A DNA stretch of 64,000 nucleotides from a virus (taxonomy: Duplodnaviria; Caudoviricetes), in the IMG/VR virus record IMGVR_UViG_3300014208_000006, positions 1,557 to 65,556 of that record. The stretch is one strand, 5' to 3'. The notes beneath the pieces were generated by a model that had not been told where the DNA came from, made no database searches, and saw only the letters and a list, made by a program, of their open reading frames with translations. Made by a program: the position numbers and the translations under genes. Each line of letters starts with the position of its first letter. Position 1 is the first letter of the stretch. This document shows positions 28,478 to 37,264 of this stretch, one piece after another.

Positions 28478-28900
28478 TCAGGAGGTTTGGGCGGGTTCGC
28501 TCGTAACCGCTTGGACTTCGATGGCTTGCGAGTATTTGAGTGCTTCGAGCACTTTGGCGGCAATATCCGGGTTCCGGCCCAGCAATCTGCCGAGGTCGGT
28601 CAGGCTTTGCGTCGCCGATCCGGGCTTGGTCGTGTCCACCTCGATCATCTGGCGAGGCTTGCCGTGGCGATACTCGAGGAGTTTGACGGCGGCGGCGAGT
28701 TGGACGGCGTTATCCGTGCGTTCCTCGTAGATTGGCGAGCCGCCAGGCGTCCGGGACGTGCCTCGGACCACGACTTGGGCCTCAAGTAGCGCCTCGAGCT
28801 TGGCGAGGGCCTTGGCGGCGAGCGGTTCGGACACCACGAGGGCGTCAACGCGGGCAACTACGGTGCTGAGTGCTTCTTTTCCCATGCTCGACATCCCCAC
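28478..28900 (-). CDS. terS: Terminase small subunit (probable)
   Basis: A..L.ALLEA..DN.VQL.AA..LL.Y.HGKPRQ.IEV pattern; heads the late minus-strand unit. Confidence 0.55.
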   Translation of the reverse strand: MGMSSMGKEALSTVVARVDALVVSEPLAAKALAKLEALLEAQVVVRGTSRTPGGSPIYEERTDNAVQLAAAVKLLEYRHGKPRQMIEVDTTKPGSATQSLTDLGRLLGRNPDIAAKVLEALKYSQAIEVQAVTSEPAQTS

Positions 28901-29200
28901 CCTGCGTCTTCGGGCAGGAGCGGGGACAGAATCGGCGGGCGCGTCAGCATGCCCTCCTTGTCTGTTCGCAGTTCTGCCAAGTCAACAATAAATGGAACGT
29001 GAGGCCGGAAGGAAGCGAAGCGGGTTACAAAGCCTGAATTGTGAATAAGCTCGACATGACCTGTAAAAACCTCCTTTAGAATCCTCCGAAAGCAAAGTGT
29101 TGATGAAAGTAACCGGGTCACAACATTTCAACTCATACGTTCTCCGGGGAGGCGGGAGACGAGGGAACGGGGTGATGAAGTGAGCGATGTGGCGACGAAG

Positions 29201-29227
29201 TGAGCGTGTGAGCGTGTGAGCGTGTGA
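29201..29227. repeat. 8-bp tandem repeat
   Basis: (TGAGCGTG)x3 TGA in the divergent intergenic region. Confidence 0.8.
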
Positions 29228-29518
29228 TTCTGCCTCTGGGCGTGACTGGGCGCGGCCTGATCGTGTGGCGCGTGATTCTCGGGGAAAGCTGCGGCGAAAC
29301 GTCGAATATCGAGCGCCAGAGGGTGTTAAAAGTGGTGAATCTGGGCGGAAAGTGAAGATTTCTGGGAATGCGGAAGGATGTGGGGATGTGATGATTGTGA
29401 ACGCTGAATGGCGGTTGTTCGCTGTGCTGCTTATTTCGTGCTTGCAGTATATAAGAACGCGGGGCAGGTTTGTTGTCAGACGGGGCAATCACGCCCGGTC
29501 GAAACAAGGAACGACGAA

Positions 29519-29890
29519 ATGAAACTCTTGGCCAACAATGTGACAGTCACCCCAGCGTTCGGAGCGTTTTTCGTGGAGGCGCGCTGTATCTCGAAAGGAG
29601 GCGACGCGACGCTTCAAAGCCGCAATGATTACCGCTCGATCGCCGATGCGTGGGTTGCCGTGCTGAAAATCTACGCCGCTGGCAACATGATCGACGAGGC
29701 GGAATTCGTGTGCCTCACATCGCGTGAACTGAGCGAAGAGCAGGCGGAGGTTTTCCACGGACCTCTCACGGATGCCCAGCATGAGCGCCAATGCCGGATT
29801 GCAGACATGGCGGACGAACAGGGCGGCGGGTATGTCAACCGGGCGCGCGAGATTCACGGCGAACGCTATATTGAAAGGGAGAGCGAGTGA
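29519..29890 (+). CDS. Early hypothetical protein
   Basis: CAAGGA RBS then MKLLANN. Confidence 0.65.
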   Translation: MKLLANNVTVTPAFGAFFVEARCISKGGDATLQSRNDYRSIADAWVAVLKIYAAGNMIDEAEFVCLTSRELSEEQAEVFHGPLTDAQHERQCRIADMADEQGGGYVNRAREIHGERYIERESE

Positions 29891-29971
29891 ATGTTGTTCC
29901 CCGCTTCTCGGCGCGAGCCGGGCGGCGGTGATCTGCAATCACGCAGAACTCAACTCAACAAGGAGACGACA

Positions 29972-31003
29972 ATGACGACGACGAAACAGGGCAGCGAACA
30001 TCAACGCGACAGGCTTGCCCACGAGTTCACGCGCATCTTGCGGGACGAATGGCTTGGCGCCCACAACTGGGCCGAGATGGTGAAGGCGAACGCGGCGGAG
30101 ACGGAAATCGGCATCTGCCACTCGCATGACTACTGCGACGCGAACATGGCGATGCTCGAAGCCTTCAAGATCGTGCACGGGCGCGAGTGCGAGACGAACG
30201 ATGATGCCGACGCGCTGCTCTGGACGGACGCATGGAACGAGGCCAAGCGCATCTGGCAGGCTGGACCGACGCCCACGCCCACGCCCACAGGCCGCACGGA
30301 TGCCGAGATTGCGACGGTGCGCGAAGCGTGCGCGTATGCGGTCGAGTGCCTGAACGCGCTGGGCTTTGTGGCGACGCACGAGCATCAGGACACGATCAAC
30401 TGGCCGCTGGCGGATGGTCGGCGCAATCTGATGGCCGGCACGGTTGACGGCGTGTGGGGCTATGACGTGGTGGAGTCGCACGGTGATGTGCTGGCGGATG
30501 AGGGGGCCGACAAATACGCCCTGCCCCTGTGCGCAACGGGCCCGATGGTGGCCAAGTGGCTTTACGAGGCGTGGCAGCGGCTGAATGCGGCGGCGGTGAT
30601 GAGCCTTGCCCAGCTTTGCACACAGTATCGCTTCCACGAGACGGACACGGGCGGCGGCTGCACGGCGCTCAAGCAGGAGGGCGAAGTCTTCCATTGGCTG
30701 CTGACGGAGACGGATGACCCGAGCGCGCCGGACGTGGTTGGCGCGCAGTGCTGCCTGTCTCTCTACCGCAACGATCAGGACCACAGTGACGCGCAGGTGA
30801 CGTTCATCTGCCCGGACGTGGAGAGCGCGATGAAGATGGCCGGCTGGTTCGAGGAGTCGCAGTCGAACGCGGGCAACGCCTCGCAGGGCATCGCCATGCA
30901 GGCGGCAAGCAAGCTCGTCGCTTTCGCGAATCGCAACACGCGCATCAACCTGACGGGCGACTTGGCCGAGGCCGTGAGGCTGGCGCGGCTGACGGTTGGC
31001 TGA
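29972..31003 (+). CDS. Early mosaic multi-domain hypothetical protein
   Basis: AAGGAG RBS; CHSHDYCDANM, PT linker, TGGGCTAL modules. Confidence 0.7.
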   Translation: MTTTKQGSEHQRDRLAHEFTRILRDEWLGAHNWAEMVKANAAETEIGICHSHDYCDANMAMLEAFKIVHGRECETNDDADALLWTDAWNEAKRIWQAGPTPTPTPTGRTDAEIATVREACAYAVECLNALGFVATHEHQDTINWPLADGRRNLMAGTVDGVWGYDVVESHGDVLADEGADKYALPLCATGPMVAKWLYEAWQRLNAAAVMSLAQLCTQYRFHETDTGGGCTALKQEGEVFHWLLTETDDPSAPDVVGAQCCLSLYRNDQDHSDAQVTFICPDVESAMKMAGWFEESQSNAGNASQGIAMQAASKLVAFANRNTRINLTGDLAEAVRLARLTVG

Positions 31004-31059
31004 AGTCGAAACGGCCCTCGTGCCGTCGGGCGGATTGGCATGCCGTCCCTGATGAGACT
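31004..31059 (+). ncRNA. Hammerhead ribozyme, type II
   Basis: AGTC-GAAA-CGGC(cctcgt)GCCG-TC|-GGGCGG(attggcatg)CCGTCC-CTGATGA-GACT; predicted cleavage after C31027. Confidence 0.9.
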
Positions 31060-31088
31060 GCCACAACCAACAACAAAGGAAAACGACG

Positions 31089-31625
31089 ATGAAACTGACA
31101 AGCGATGAACTGAAGCAGGCGCGTGAATGGCTGAAAGACTGCCAATGGCGAGACCTTGAGGCCGGAGACGTTGACGACATGCCTGACGAGACCGTTGAAC
31201 GTGGCGTCGCCAAGCACTACGATGGGGGGCTCGCCGAATTCAGGAAGAACTGCTCTCACCGCGCGCAGCCGGTTGCTGCGCATACGCCAGCAATCGAAAT
31301 TTATACCCACGCCCTTGGGGCGTCCGTCATCGAAAGAACGGGCCATTACAGCAAGGTCATCCAAGACTTCCGTTCGCTTGAGGAGGCGAACGCATTTGTT
31401 CTTGGTTATCGAATGGCCGGGCAAACCCGCGCCTGCAACTCGCACGCGGCGCTGGTCGAGGCGCTGGCCCTGCTTGTCTCGTTCGATGACAAACAGGGCA
31501 TGGCCGACCATATCCGCGAACGCTCCGGCAACAACGAGGACGCGCAGACCCCGGAAGAAACAATTTACCTGCACGGCATGTCGGCAGCCCGCGCCGCCCT
31601 CGCGCTCGCCAAGGAGGCCCCATGA
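31089..31625 (+). CDS. Early hypothetical protein
   Basis: AAAGGA RBS; AREWLKDCQW..ERGVAKHYDGG. Confidence 0.7.
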   Translation: MKLTSDELKQAREWLKDCQWRDLEAGDVDDMPDETVERGVAKHYDGGLAEFRKNCSHRAQPVAAHTPAIEIYTHALGASVIERTGHYSKVIQDFRSLEEANAFVLGYRMAGQTRACNSHAALVEALALLVSFDDKQGMADHIRERSGNNEDAQTPEETIYLHGMSAARAALALAKEAP

Positions 31626-31882
31626 GCGCCACCCTCGCCTTCTCCGTCGCATGGGACACCCGGCACGCGCGCGCAACGGCCACCACTCCCATCAACGGCC
31701 AGCACTACCGCATTTCCCGCGAATGGGGGACGGCCTTGGTGCAGTGCCTGAATTCGCGCCTTGCCCAATTCCGGGTGATCGAGCACTCCCCGGCCCCGGG
31801 CTTCGAGGACCTGACGGGCTGGCTCGTTCACCTTAACGCCGACCTGCAGGCGAGTCTGCGGGCCTGCCCTGCCCCGCTGTGA
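31622..31882 (+). CDS. Early hypothetical protein
   Basis: ATGA overlap. Confidence 0.6.
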   Translation: MSATLAFSVAWDTRHARATATTPINGQHYRISREWGTALVQCLNSRLAQFRVIEHSPAPGFEDLTGWLVHLNADLQASLRACPAPL

Positions 31883-31983
31883 GCACCCCGAAGGCCAAGG
31901 CCAAGCGGCTGGGGATCCTCGCACTGGAGGGCTTGTTCCTCGTCGGGCTGGCCCTCTGCGGGCTTCTCATGCTGGCCCTTTGA
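31879..31983 (+). CDS. 34-aa membrane peptide
   Basis: GTGA overlap; STPKAKAKRLGILALEGLFLVGLALCGLLMLAL. Confidence 0.5.
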   Translation: MSTPKAKAKRLGILALEGLFLVGLALCGLLMLAL

Positions 31984-31988
31984 TTCTC

Positions 31989-32052
31989 GTCGAAACCCGG
32001 GCGCCTGTGGCTCGGGTCTGCGGGCAGGTGGCTCCTCCCGCACTGAAGAGAC
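31989..32052 (+). ncRNA. Hammerhead ribozyme, type II
   Basis: GTC-GAAA-CCCGGGC(gcctgtg)GCTCGGG-TC|-TGCGGG(caggtggctcct)CCCGCA-CTGAAGA-GAC; predicted cleavage after C32018. Confidence 0.88.
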
Positions 32053-32083
32053 AAGCCAACTCAACCAACAAGGACATCACCAC

Positions 32084-33436
32084 ATGAATACGACGACAAC
32101 CACCACCACAACGACAACGCTCAAGAAATGGGAAGCCGGTCAGGGACTCGGCCCCCGCATGCTCAAGCAGTTCAACGACGCCATCAACAAGGCTTCCTTC
32201 AACGCGCGCGGCGTCTGCACGCTCACCGGCATCATCGGCAAGCCCGAGACGGAATCAGGCCGGGATTGCGTCATGGTCTCGCTGTTCGGCGGATCCTCGA
32301 ATCCCGCCTACGAGCCCAAGCTGGCGGAAATCCAGGCGAAGCACGGCAGCATCGTGACCGCAGCCAACTACAAGGGGCTGGTCGATGACCTGCTCGCGCT
32401 GGCCTCGTGGCTGCATCATAACCCCATCATCAAGGACGAGCGCGTGACGCAGGAGGCGCATGACGCCAAGGAGGCCAATTACGCGCAGGCGATGGCCGAG
32501 CGTAAGCGCAAGGACGAGGAGCACGATGCGGCCAAGGCCATCATCGCGGGCGAACTGCGGGCGAAATACCCGTGGGCGGTTGGCCGGCGCTCCGGCGAGA
32601 ACCTGAAAACTCTGCTGGGCCAGACCTTCCCCGGGATCGTCTTCTCGGTCCGCTCGGACTCGAACTCCCTGACGGTCTCATGGGAGAATGGCCCGGCTGA
32701 TGGCGAGGTCTCCAATATCGGGGACCAGTTCCGCGCCGGCCGCTTCGACGGCATGACGGACGGCTATGACTACGACAACAGCGCGCGGACGCGGGCTTGG
32801 TCGGAAGTCATGGGAACGGTGCGCTATGTGTCCTACAATCGCGCGGTCGATCGCCAGCCGGTCATTGACGGCCTGAAGGCCAGCATCACCGATTGGGACG
32901 CCGACGGCCATCACTCCGTTTCGCAGGTCGCCTATCGCCTCATCGGCAAGTCCAGCTTCCCGGCTGGCGCGGTCCTGACGGGAGTGGAACGGCTGCCCGG
33001 CGACGGCTGCGGCCAGATGGAAGACTGGTTCAAGATCACCTACACCACCCCCGGGCCCTCTTATTCCGCTCCTGCCCCCGCCCCGGTCACGAACTCCGCC
33101 GGCATCACCGTTTCGCGCAACATCGAGAAAGGCGGCGTCGAGATCCGGTTCCCGAGCAAACCCGAGGCCAGCATGATCGAGCGCGTGAAGTCGCAGGGCT
33201 TCCGCTGGTCACGCTTCTCTGGCTGCTGGTGGGCCAAGGCGACGGACGGCAAGGTTGCCTTCGCCTACAGCCTGGCGGGGCAGGAAGCGCCCAAGAACGG
33301 GCAGGAACAGGCCAATTCCGAGCAGTCCGAGCAGGTTCGGGACCCGGGCGAGGACGCGGCGGACCGTCATTCCGAGGCCATGGGCGCCGAGGAGGTCACG
33401 GAACGCCTCATGGAAATGGACGCCTTCACCCGCTGA
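32084..33436 (+). CDS. Polyvalent-protein-associated (LPD29-like) protein
   Basis: LK..L..TFPG..FSVRS..WENGP..F.GMTDGYDY (LPD29-like) plus C-terminal EIRFPSKP..GFRW domain. Confidence 0.7.
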   Translation: MNTTTTTTTTTTLKKWEAGQGLGPRMLKQFNDAINKASFNARGVCTLTGIIGKPETESGRDCVMVSLFGGSSNPAYEPKLAEIQAKHGSIVTAANYKGLVDDLLALASWLHHNPIIKDERVTQEAHDAKEANYAQAMAERKRKDEEHDAAKAIIAGELRAKYPWAVGRRSGENLKTLLGQTFPGIVFSVRSDSNSLTVSWENGPADGEVSNIGDQFRAGRFDGMTDGYDYDNSARTRAWSEVMGTVRYVSYNRAVDRQPVIDGLKASITDWDADGHHSVSQVAYRLIGKSSFPAGAVLTGVERLPGDGCGQMEDWFKITYTTPGPSYSAPAPAPVTNSAGITVSRNIEKGGVEIRFPSKPEASMIERVKSQGFRWSRFSGCWWAKATDGKVAFAYSLAGQEAPKNGQEQANSEQSEQVRDPGEDAADRHSEAMGAEEVTERLMEMDAFTR

Positions 33437-33438
33437 CA

Positions 33439-33489
33439 GGCCGAAACCCCTTCGGGGGTCTGCTGGTAGCTGCCAGCACTGACGAGGCC
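33439..33489 (+). ncRNA. Hammerhead ribozyme, type II
   Basis: GGCC-GAAA-CCCC(ttcg)GGGG-TC|-TGCTGG(tagctg)CCAGCA-CTGACGA-GGCC; predicted cleavage after C33460. Confidence 0.9.
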
Positions 33490-33527
33490 AGACGACTCGA
33501 ATCCAACAAGAAAGGACGACACCCACC

Positions 33528-33926
33528 ATGCCCGCACCCAAAACACCCGCCCAAACAATCGGCCCATGGCTGAAAGCCAACGGCATGCACCTTGGCGGAC
33601 TCACCGGCCAAGACTGGCCCGCCCTCAAGGCTGCCGCTGAGATCATGGGACTCTACGCCAAGTGTGATCAGCGCGCCGAGACTCACGTCCTGTCCGCTTT
33701 CGCCGGCGTGGTCATGGCGATGCAGCCCAGCATGCGGCATCTGGCCTATCATGCCATTGCTCACGCTCTGGACTGGCACAACCGCGCCGAGCTTTGGCAT
33801 CGCGCCGGCCTGCCGCGTCTGGAGCACATTCCGCGCTGCTTGAATGGCCCGGCAACGGAAGTTCTCAACCAAACCCTGAACGCCGAGATCGAGAAGCGTG
33901 ACAGCAACCCCCCGTTCTCGCCATGA
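33528..33926 (+). CDS. Early hypothetical protein
   Basis: AAAGGA RBS; 132 aa. Confidence 0.65.
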   Translation: MPAPKTPAQTIGPWLKANGMHLGGLTGQDWPALKAAAEIMGLYAKCDQRAETHVLSAFAGVVMAMQPSMRHLAYHAIAHALDWHNRAELWHRAGLPRLEHIPRCLNGPATEVLNQTLNAEIEKRDSNPPFSP

Positions 33927-34312
33927 ACCGCGGACTACTCCTCTACCACTCCGGCGCCGTCAACGCCTGCCTGGACCTGTTCGAGCTGCGCGTGTGGGAA
34001 TCCGGCGTGCCGCATCCGACCGTGCCAAAGGTTGCGCCCAAAGCCGAGGACGCGATCCGCTCCTTCAACCCCCACGCGCAAAACATCACTTGGTTGTCCG
34101 GTCCTGCCGCAACTCGCAAACTCGCCAAGGCGGTCGGCCTCGAGTTCCGCAAGCGCGCTCCTGGCGGCGGCCGCAAGAAGGCGGAACCCGGTCACAAGGT
34201 CGTTTACGTGCCGGTCTGGATGACGCCGGCCGGGCTCATTCGCCTGGACTTCCTGCGCGGCAAGCGAGCTCGCGGCGCGTTCATCGAGGCGCACCTTGCG
34301 CTGATGAAATAA
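33923..34312 (+). CDS. Early hypothetical protein (possible DNA-binding C-terminus)
   Basis: RAPGGGRKK..V.VPVWMTP..SRGAFIE, RHH-like end. Confidence 0.6.
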   Translation: MNRGLLLYHSGAVNACLDLFELRVWESGVPHPTVPKVAPKAEDAIRSFNPHAQNITWLSGPAATRKLAKAVGLEFRKRAPGGGRKKAEPGHKVVYVPVWMTPAGLIRLDFLRGKRARGAFIEAHLALMK

Positions 34313-34337
34313 CACTTGGGCCAAGTCAGATGCTACA

Positions 34338-34370
34338 AAGCCCCGTTGGCCTCGTGCTGGCGGGGCTTTC
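34338..34370. terminator. Bidirectional intrinsic terminator
   Basis: AAAGCCCCG-15nt-CGGGGCTTT between convergent units. Confidence 0.7.
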
Positions 34371-34517
34371 TGCTGCCCGTAAAGCAAGAGCCCCCGGACA
34401 CTGCAAGCAGCACCCGAGGGCTCCAACAAGGAGGGCGACGAAACCCTCACTAAGCGGTCGGAAGTGTCATAGCCTGGCGCGGCATGGTCAAGCGCGGATC
34501 ACTATGTTCATTGCGGC

Positions 34518-34853
34518 TCATGTCCGTCCTCCGGTGATGGCGGCGAGGACGGCGCGGGCAACGCTGGTTGCCGTCTTCTCTTGCTGGTGAGAACGATACT
34601 CCCACGACTCGCCAAATACGTCCCGGTAGCAAGCCTTCGTGGCAATCCCCACCCGCTCCTCCTCCGTCATATTCCAGAACTTGGCGATCTTGCGGGCCTG
34701 CTGGGCGGTCCTGCACGGGATGCACACAACAGGGTTCTCGTAGAAATCGTTCTTGTCTTGGCGCATCCCGGCGAACGGGTTGATGCAGCCGGTGTGATAC
34801 ATCACTCTGGCCCGTGGCATCCGGGGCGCGGTCGGTTTCGTGGGGGTCTTCAT
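34518..34853 (-). CDS. Hypothetical protein
   Basis: MKTPTK start. Confidence 0.55.
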   Translation of the reverse strand: MKTPTKPTAPRMPRARVMYHTGCINPFAGMRQDKNDFYENPVVCIPCRTAQQARKIAKFWNMTEEERVGIATKACYRDVFGESWEYRSHQQEKTATSVARAVLAAITGGRT

Positions 34854-34863
34854 GGGGTGGGCG

Positions 34864-35124
34864 TTACCATCTGAAGGTTCGGATTGCGCCCGGAGTTGGG
34901 CCCTTGTGCATGGAGGCGAAATCGCCACAGTTGATGCAGAACGATGGGTCGTCCTCGCTTACCTTAAAGTTGCTACATGCCCGCGTTTGGGCAGGTTTAG
35001 GAGCGGGGCAACGCTTGTAAATATCGGAAGCAAGAATTGATATTTCCGTCTGTTTTTCCGATGCCGGAAGCGCCTCTATCAAATGGCAGAGCTTCAACAT
35101 TTCTTCTTTGCGTGACGCGCTCAT
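34864..35124 (-). CDS. Hypothetical Zn-binding protein
   Basis: C..F..FCINCG..H. Confidence 0.5.
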   Translation of the reverse strand: MSASRKEEMLKLCHLIEALPASEKQTEISILASDIYKRCPAPKPAQTRACSNFKVSEDDPSFCINCGDFASMHKGPTPGAIRTFRW

Positions 35125-35384
35125 CCCCTTGCCCTCCCCTCGTTGGCGGCGGGCGACTTGGTGGTGGGGCGGGTGATACCGATGGCGGCGAGTTGCTTCC
35201 TTACTTCCTCATGACTCAGCATCCCTTGAGCAAACCACATCTGCTCCACCATCCGGTCATAGCAGCCAGCGTCGGCGGGGAGAACATGGAACTTGTCGCC
35301 CTGTCTCGTGCAGAAACCGACGTAGAGAAGTTGGCCGCTGTCTGCGATGGCTTTCCGCGCCTTCACTTTCTTGCTCTTGCTCAT
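35121..35384 (-). CDS. Hypothetical protein
   Basis: MSKSKK start. Confidence 0.55.
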   Translation of the reverse strand: MSKSKKVKARKAIADSGQLLYVGFCTRQGDKFHVLPADAGCYDRMVEQMWFAQGMLSHEEVRKQLAAIGITRPTTKSPAANEGRARG

Positions 35385-35902
35385 ACGTCCTCCTTCCGCT
35401 CGGTGGCGAGGCGGGCGCGGGCGCAATTAACCAACTCAATCATAGCGTCGTTAAGAGCACACACCTGCTCGTGATCGTAATTGGACATATTCAGTTCGGG
35501 CGAGTCCTCGGCTATCCTTTGAACTGTCTCCAGCAACCCCCGCATCGCGGTGAGTTCGGCCTCCGCCTCCCGCAGCTTGTCGGCGTAGGCGGCGGAGGTG
35601 ATTGAGAGGGCCGTATCCGTTTCGTCCAGCATCCCGTTTATGTCGGCGGGCGTCAGTTCGTTGTCGCCGTGAACGTAGGAGGTCAGCGGGTTGCGGATTT
35701 CACCCAAATGCTCCTTCAACCGCGCAATCACGCCATCCCGTGCGGCCAGTTGGTCGGTCAGGTCGCGGAGTTGGGCGCGGAGGGCGTCTAGCTCGGCACA
35801 CAGTTGCTCGACGCACTCCGTCTCGTGCGTCTGCTTGAGGTAGTGCAGACCCTTGTTTTTGGCCGCAAGTTGTTCGCGTAATTCTTCAATGCGTGTTTTC
35901 AT
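35381..35902 (-). CDS. Coiled-coil hypothetical protein
   Basis: 173 aa heptad-rich. Confidence 0.6.
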   Translation of the reverse strand: MKTRIEELREQLAAKNKGLHYLKQTHETECVEQLCAELDALRAQLRDLTDQLAARDGVIARLKEHLGEIRNPLTSYVHGDNELTPADINGMLDETDTALSITSAAYADKLREAEAELTAMRGLLETVQRIAEDSPELNMSNYDHEQVCALNDAMIELVNCARARLATERKEDV

Positions 35903-36492
35903 CGTTCTAGGTTTCCTTTATGTGACGCCTGTTCGTAGGCGCGTTCGGACATTTCGCTGAGTCCGGTTTTAAGCATGGCGGAAATAGGTTTGCCGCCAGA
36001 AGGCCCAAGGCGCAGGTCAGTGATGACCTTGCACGCCTCGTCCCGTTCCGCCCGCGCCTCGGCCAGTTGGGCAATCAGCGCCTTGGCCGCAGCCACATTG
36101 TCACCTATCGCGCTGCTGTGCGATTGTAGCGCCTGCATCATCTGCCGCCCATACTCGCTGGATATTCCGGCCCGCGCCTCGGCCAGTTCCCGCTCAAGCT
36201 GGCGGGCGAAGTTGCTGGTGACAAACATTCCGCCCTCGTCAGGCGATTGCTTGGGCGTGGTAGCAATGAAGAACTCGGCCTTGTCTGTCCTCGGCGTCCC
36301 CGTCGCTGCCGGCTGCTCGGGCTGGGCGGTCGGCGCGGTGGGCTGCGGCGCGTGACGGGCGATGATGGCAATCCAGTAGGCGTCCCTGGCTTCCTCTGTC
36401 CACAGGCCGTCAGGCCCGATAAGGTGCGGCTTAAGTGCCGCGTTAAGTTCTACGGCCCATTGCGGTGCCGGCGTGTCGGGTTGGGTGCTCAT
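35899..36492 (-). CDS. Hypothetical protein (TPRTD..FARQLERE family)
   Basis: TPRTD and FARQLERELAEAR motifs common in phage early genes. Confidence 0.6.
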   Translation of the reverse strand: MSTQPDTPAPQWAVELNAALKPHLIGPDGLWTEEARDAYWIAIIARHAPQPTAPTAQPEQPAATGTPRTDKAEFFIATTPKQSPDEGGMFVTSNFARQLERELAEARAGISSEYGRQMMQALQSHSSAIGDNVAAAKALIAQLAEARAERDEACKVITDLRLGPSGGKPISAMLKTGLSEMSERAYEQASHKGNLER

Positions 36493-36496
36493 AGTG

Positions 36497-37264
36497 TCAG
36501 GGGTTGAATTTCACTTCAAAATGCGCGTCCTCGAACAGCCGGCGGGCAAAGGCATCACCCATGCGTTCTGTCCACCAGGCCCTGTCCTTGTTGGTCGTCG
36601 TGATGCACGGCCGGTGATCGCGGTAAATCCAGTCGTAGAACGCGAACAGCGCGGACGGCTGGGACGGGAATGACCAGTTGATCTTGTCGATGTCGTCCAC
36701 CATCAGCACGTCCAGCCGGGAATACTTCCGCCAGAATGCCTCAGCCATGTTCGCCTGTTCGTATTCCTCGAGGTCGCTCACCAGCTTCTTGACCGGCCAC
36801 CATGCGAATTCGCGGCCATCATTCACGAACAGCCGGCCAAGCACCGACCACGCGGCGCCGGTCTTGCGCGATCCGTGCTCACCGAACAGGACGGGCCCGC
36901 GGAAGCTGCCATTCCAGGCGGTTGCTCGATCGTAGGCTGCCGGATACTTCAGCTTCGTGCGGTCAACCTTCTGCATGAATTCGACCGGGCAGAGCTGGCG
37001 GAAGCGGGCCATGCGCTGGCCTTCGGGCGTGAGGTCGTAGGGTAACGGCGGGGCTTCCTCGGGCAGGCTTTCCCGGGCGATCTTGAGCACGTCCTCCCAT
37101 TCGGTGCCAACGTGACGGGCAGACCGCTTGTTGGCGCGCTCCGCATCCAGGCGCTTCCACTTGGCGATGTCGGCTGCGCGCTCCTCGGGGGTCATGATGT
37201 CGGCAGCGATGGCCGCGGCGGGCTTCGCGGGAGCCAGAGGGGTGAAATCGGGGTCGGAGCTCAT
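36497..37264 (-). CDS. DnaC/IstB-like AAA+ helicase loader
   Basis: GEHGSRKT Walker A, LMVDDIDK Walker B, PCITTTN, RRL; follows rep gene. Confidence 0.8.
   Translation of the reverse strand: MSSDPDFTPLAPAKPAAAIAADIMTPEERAADIAKWKRLDAERANKRSARHVGTEWEDVLKIARESLPEEAPPLPYDLTPEGQRMARFRQLCPVEFMQKVDRTKLKYPAAYDRATAWNGSFRGPVLFGEHGSRKTGAAWSVLGRLFVNDGREFAWWPVKKLVSDLEEYEQANMAEAFWRKYSRLDVLMVDDIDKINWSFPSQPSALFAFYDWIYRDHRPCITTTNKDRAWWTERMGDAFARRLFEDAHFEVKFNP

Noticed and set aside
29498-29510. GTCGAAAC resembling a fourth hammerhead
   Set aside because: No CUGANGA core or stems I/III nearby
29891-29950. Possible HDV-like or pistol ribozyme after the first early gene
   Set aside because: TTCTCG loop and hairpins are suggestive, but no P1 partner or pistol pseudoknot could be built by eye; would need a covariance-model search
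32087-32118. Poly-Thr tract as a phase-variable repeat
   Set aside because: Encoded by mixed ACN codons, not a slippery uniform repeat
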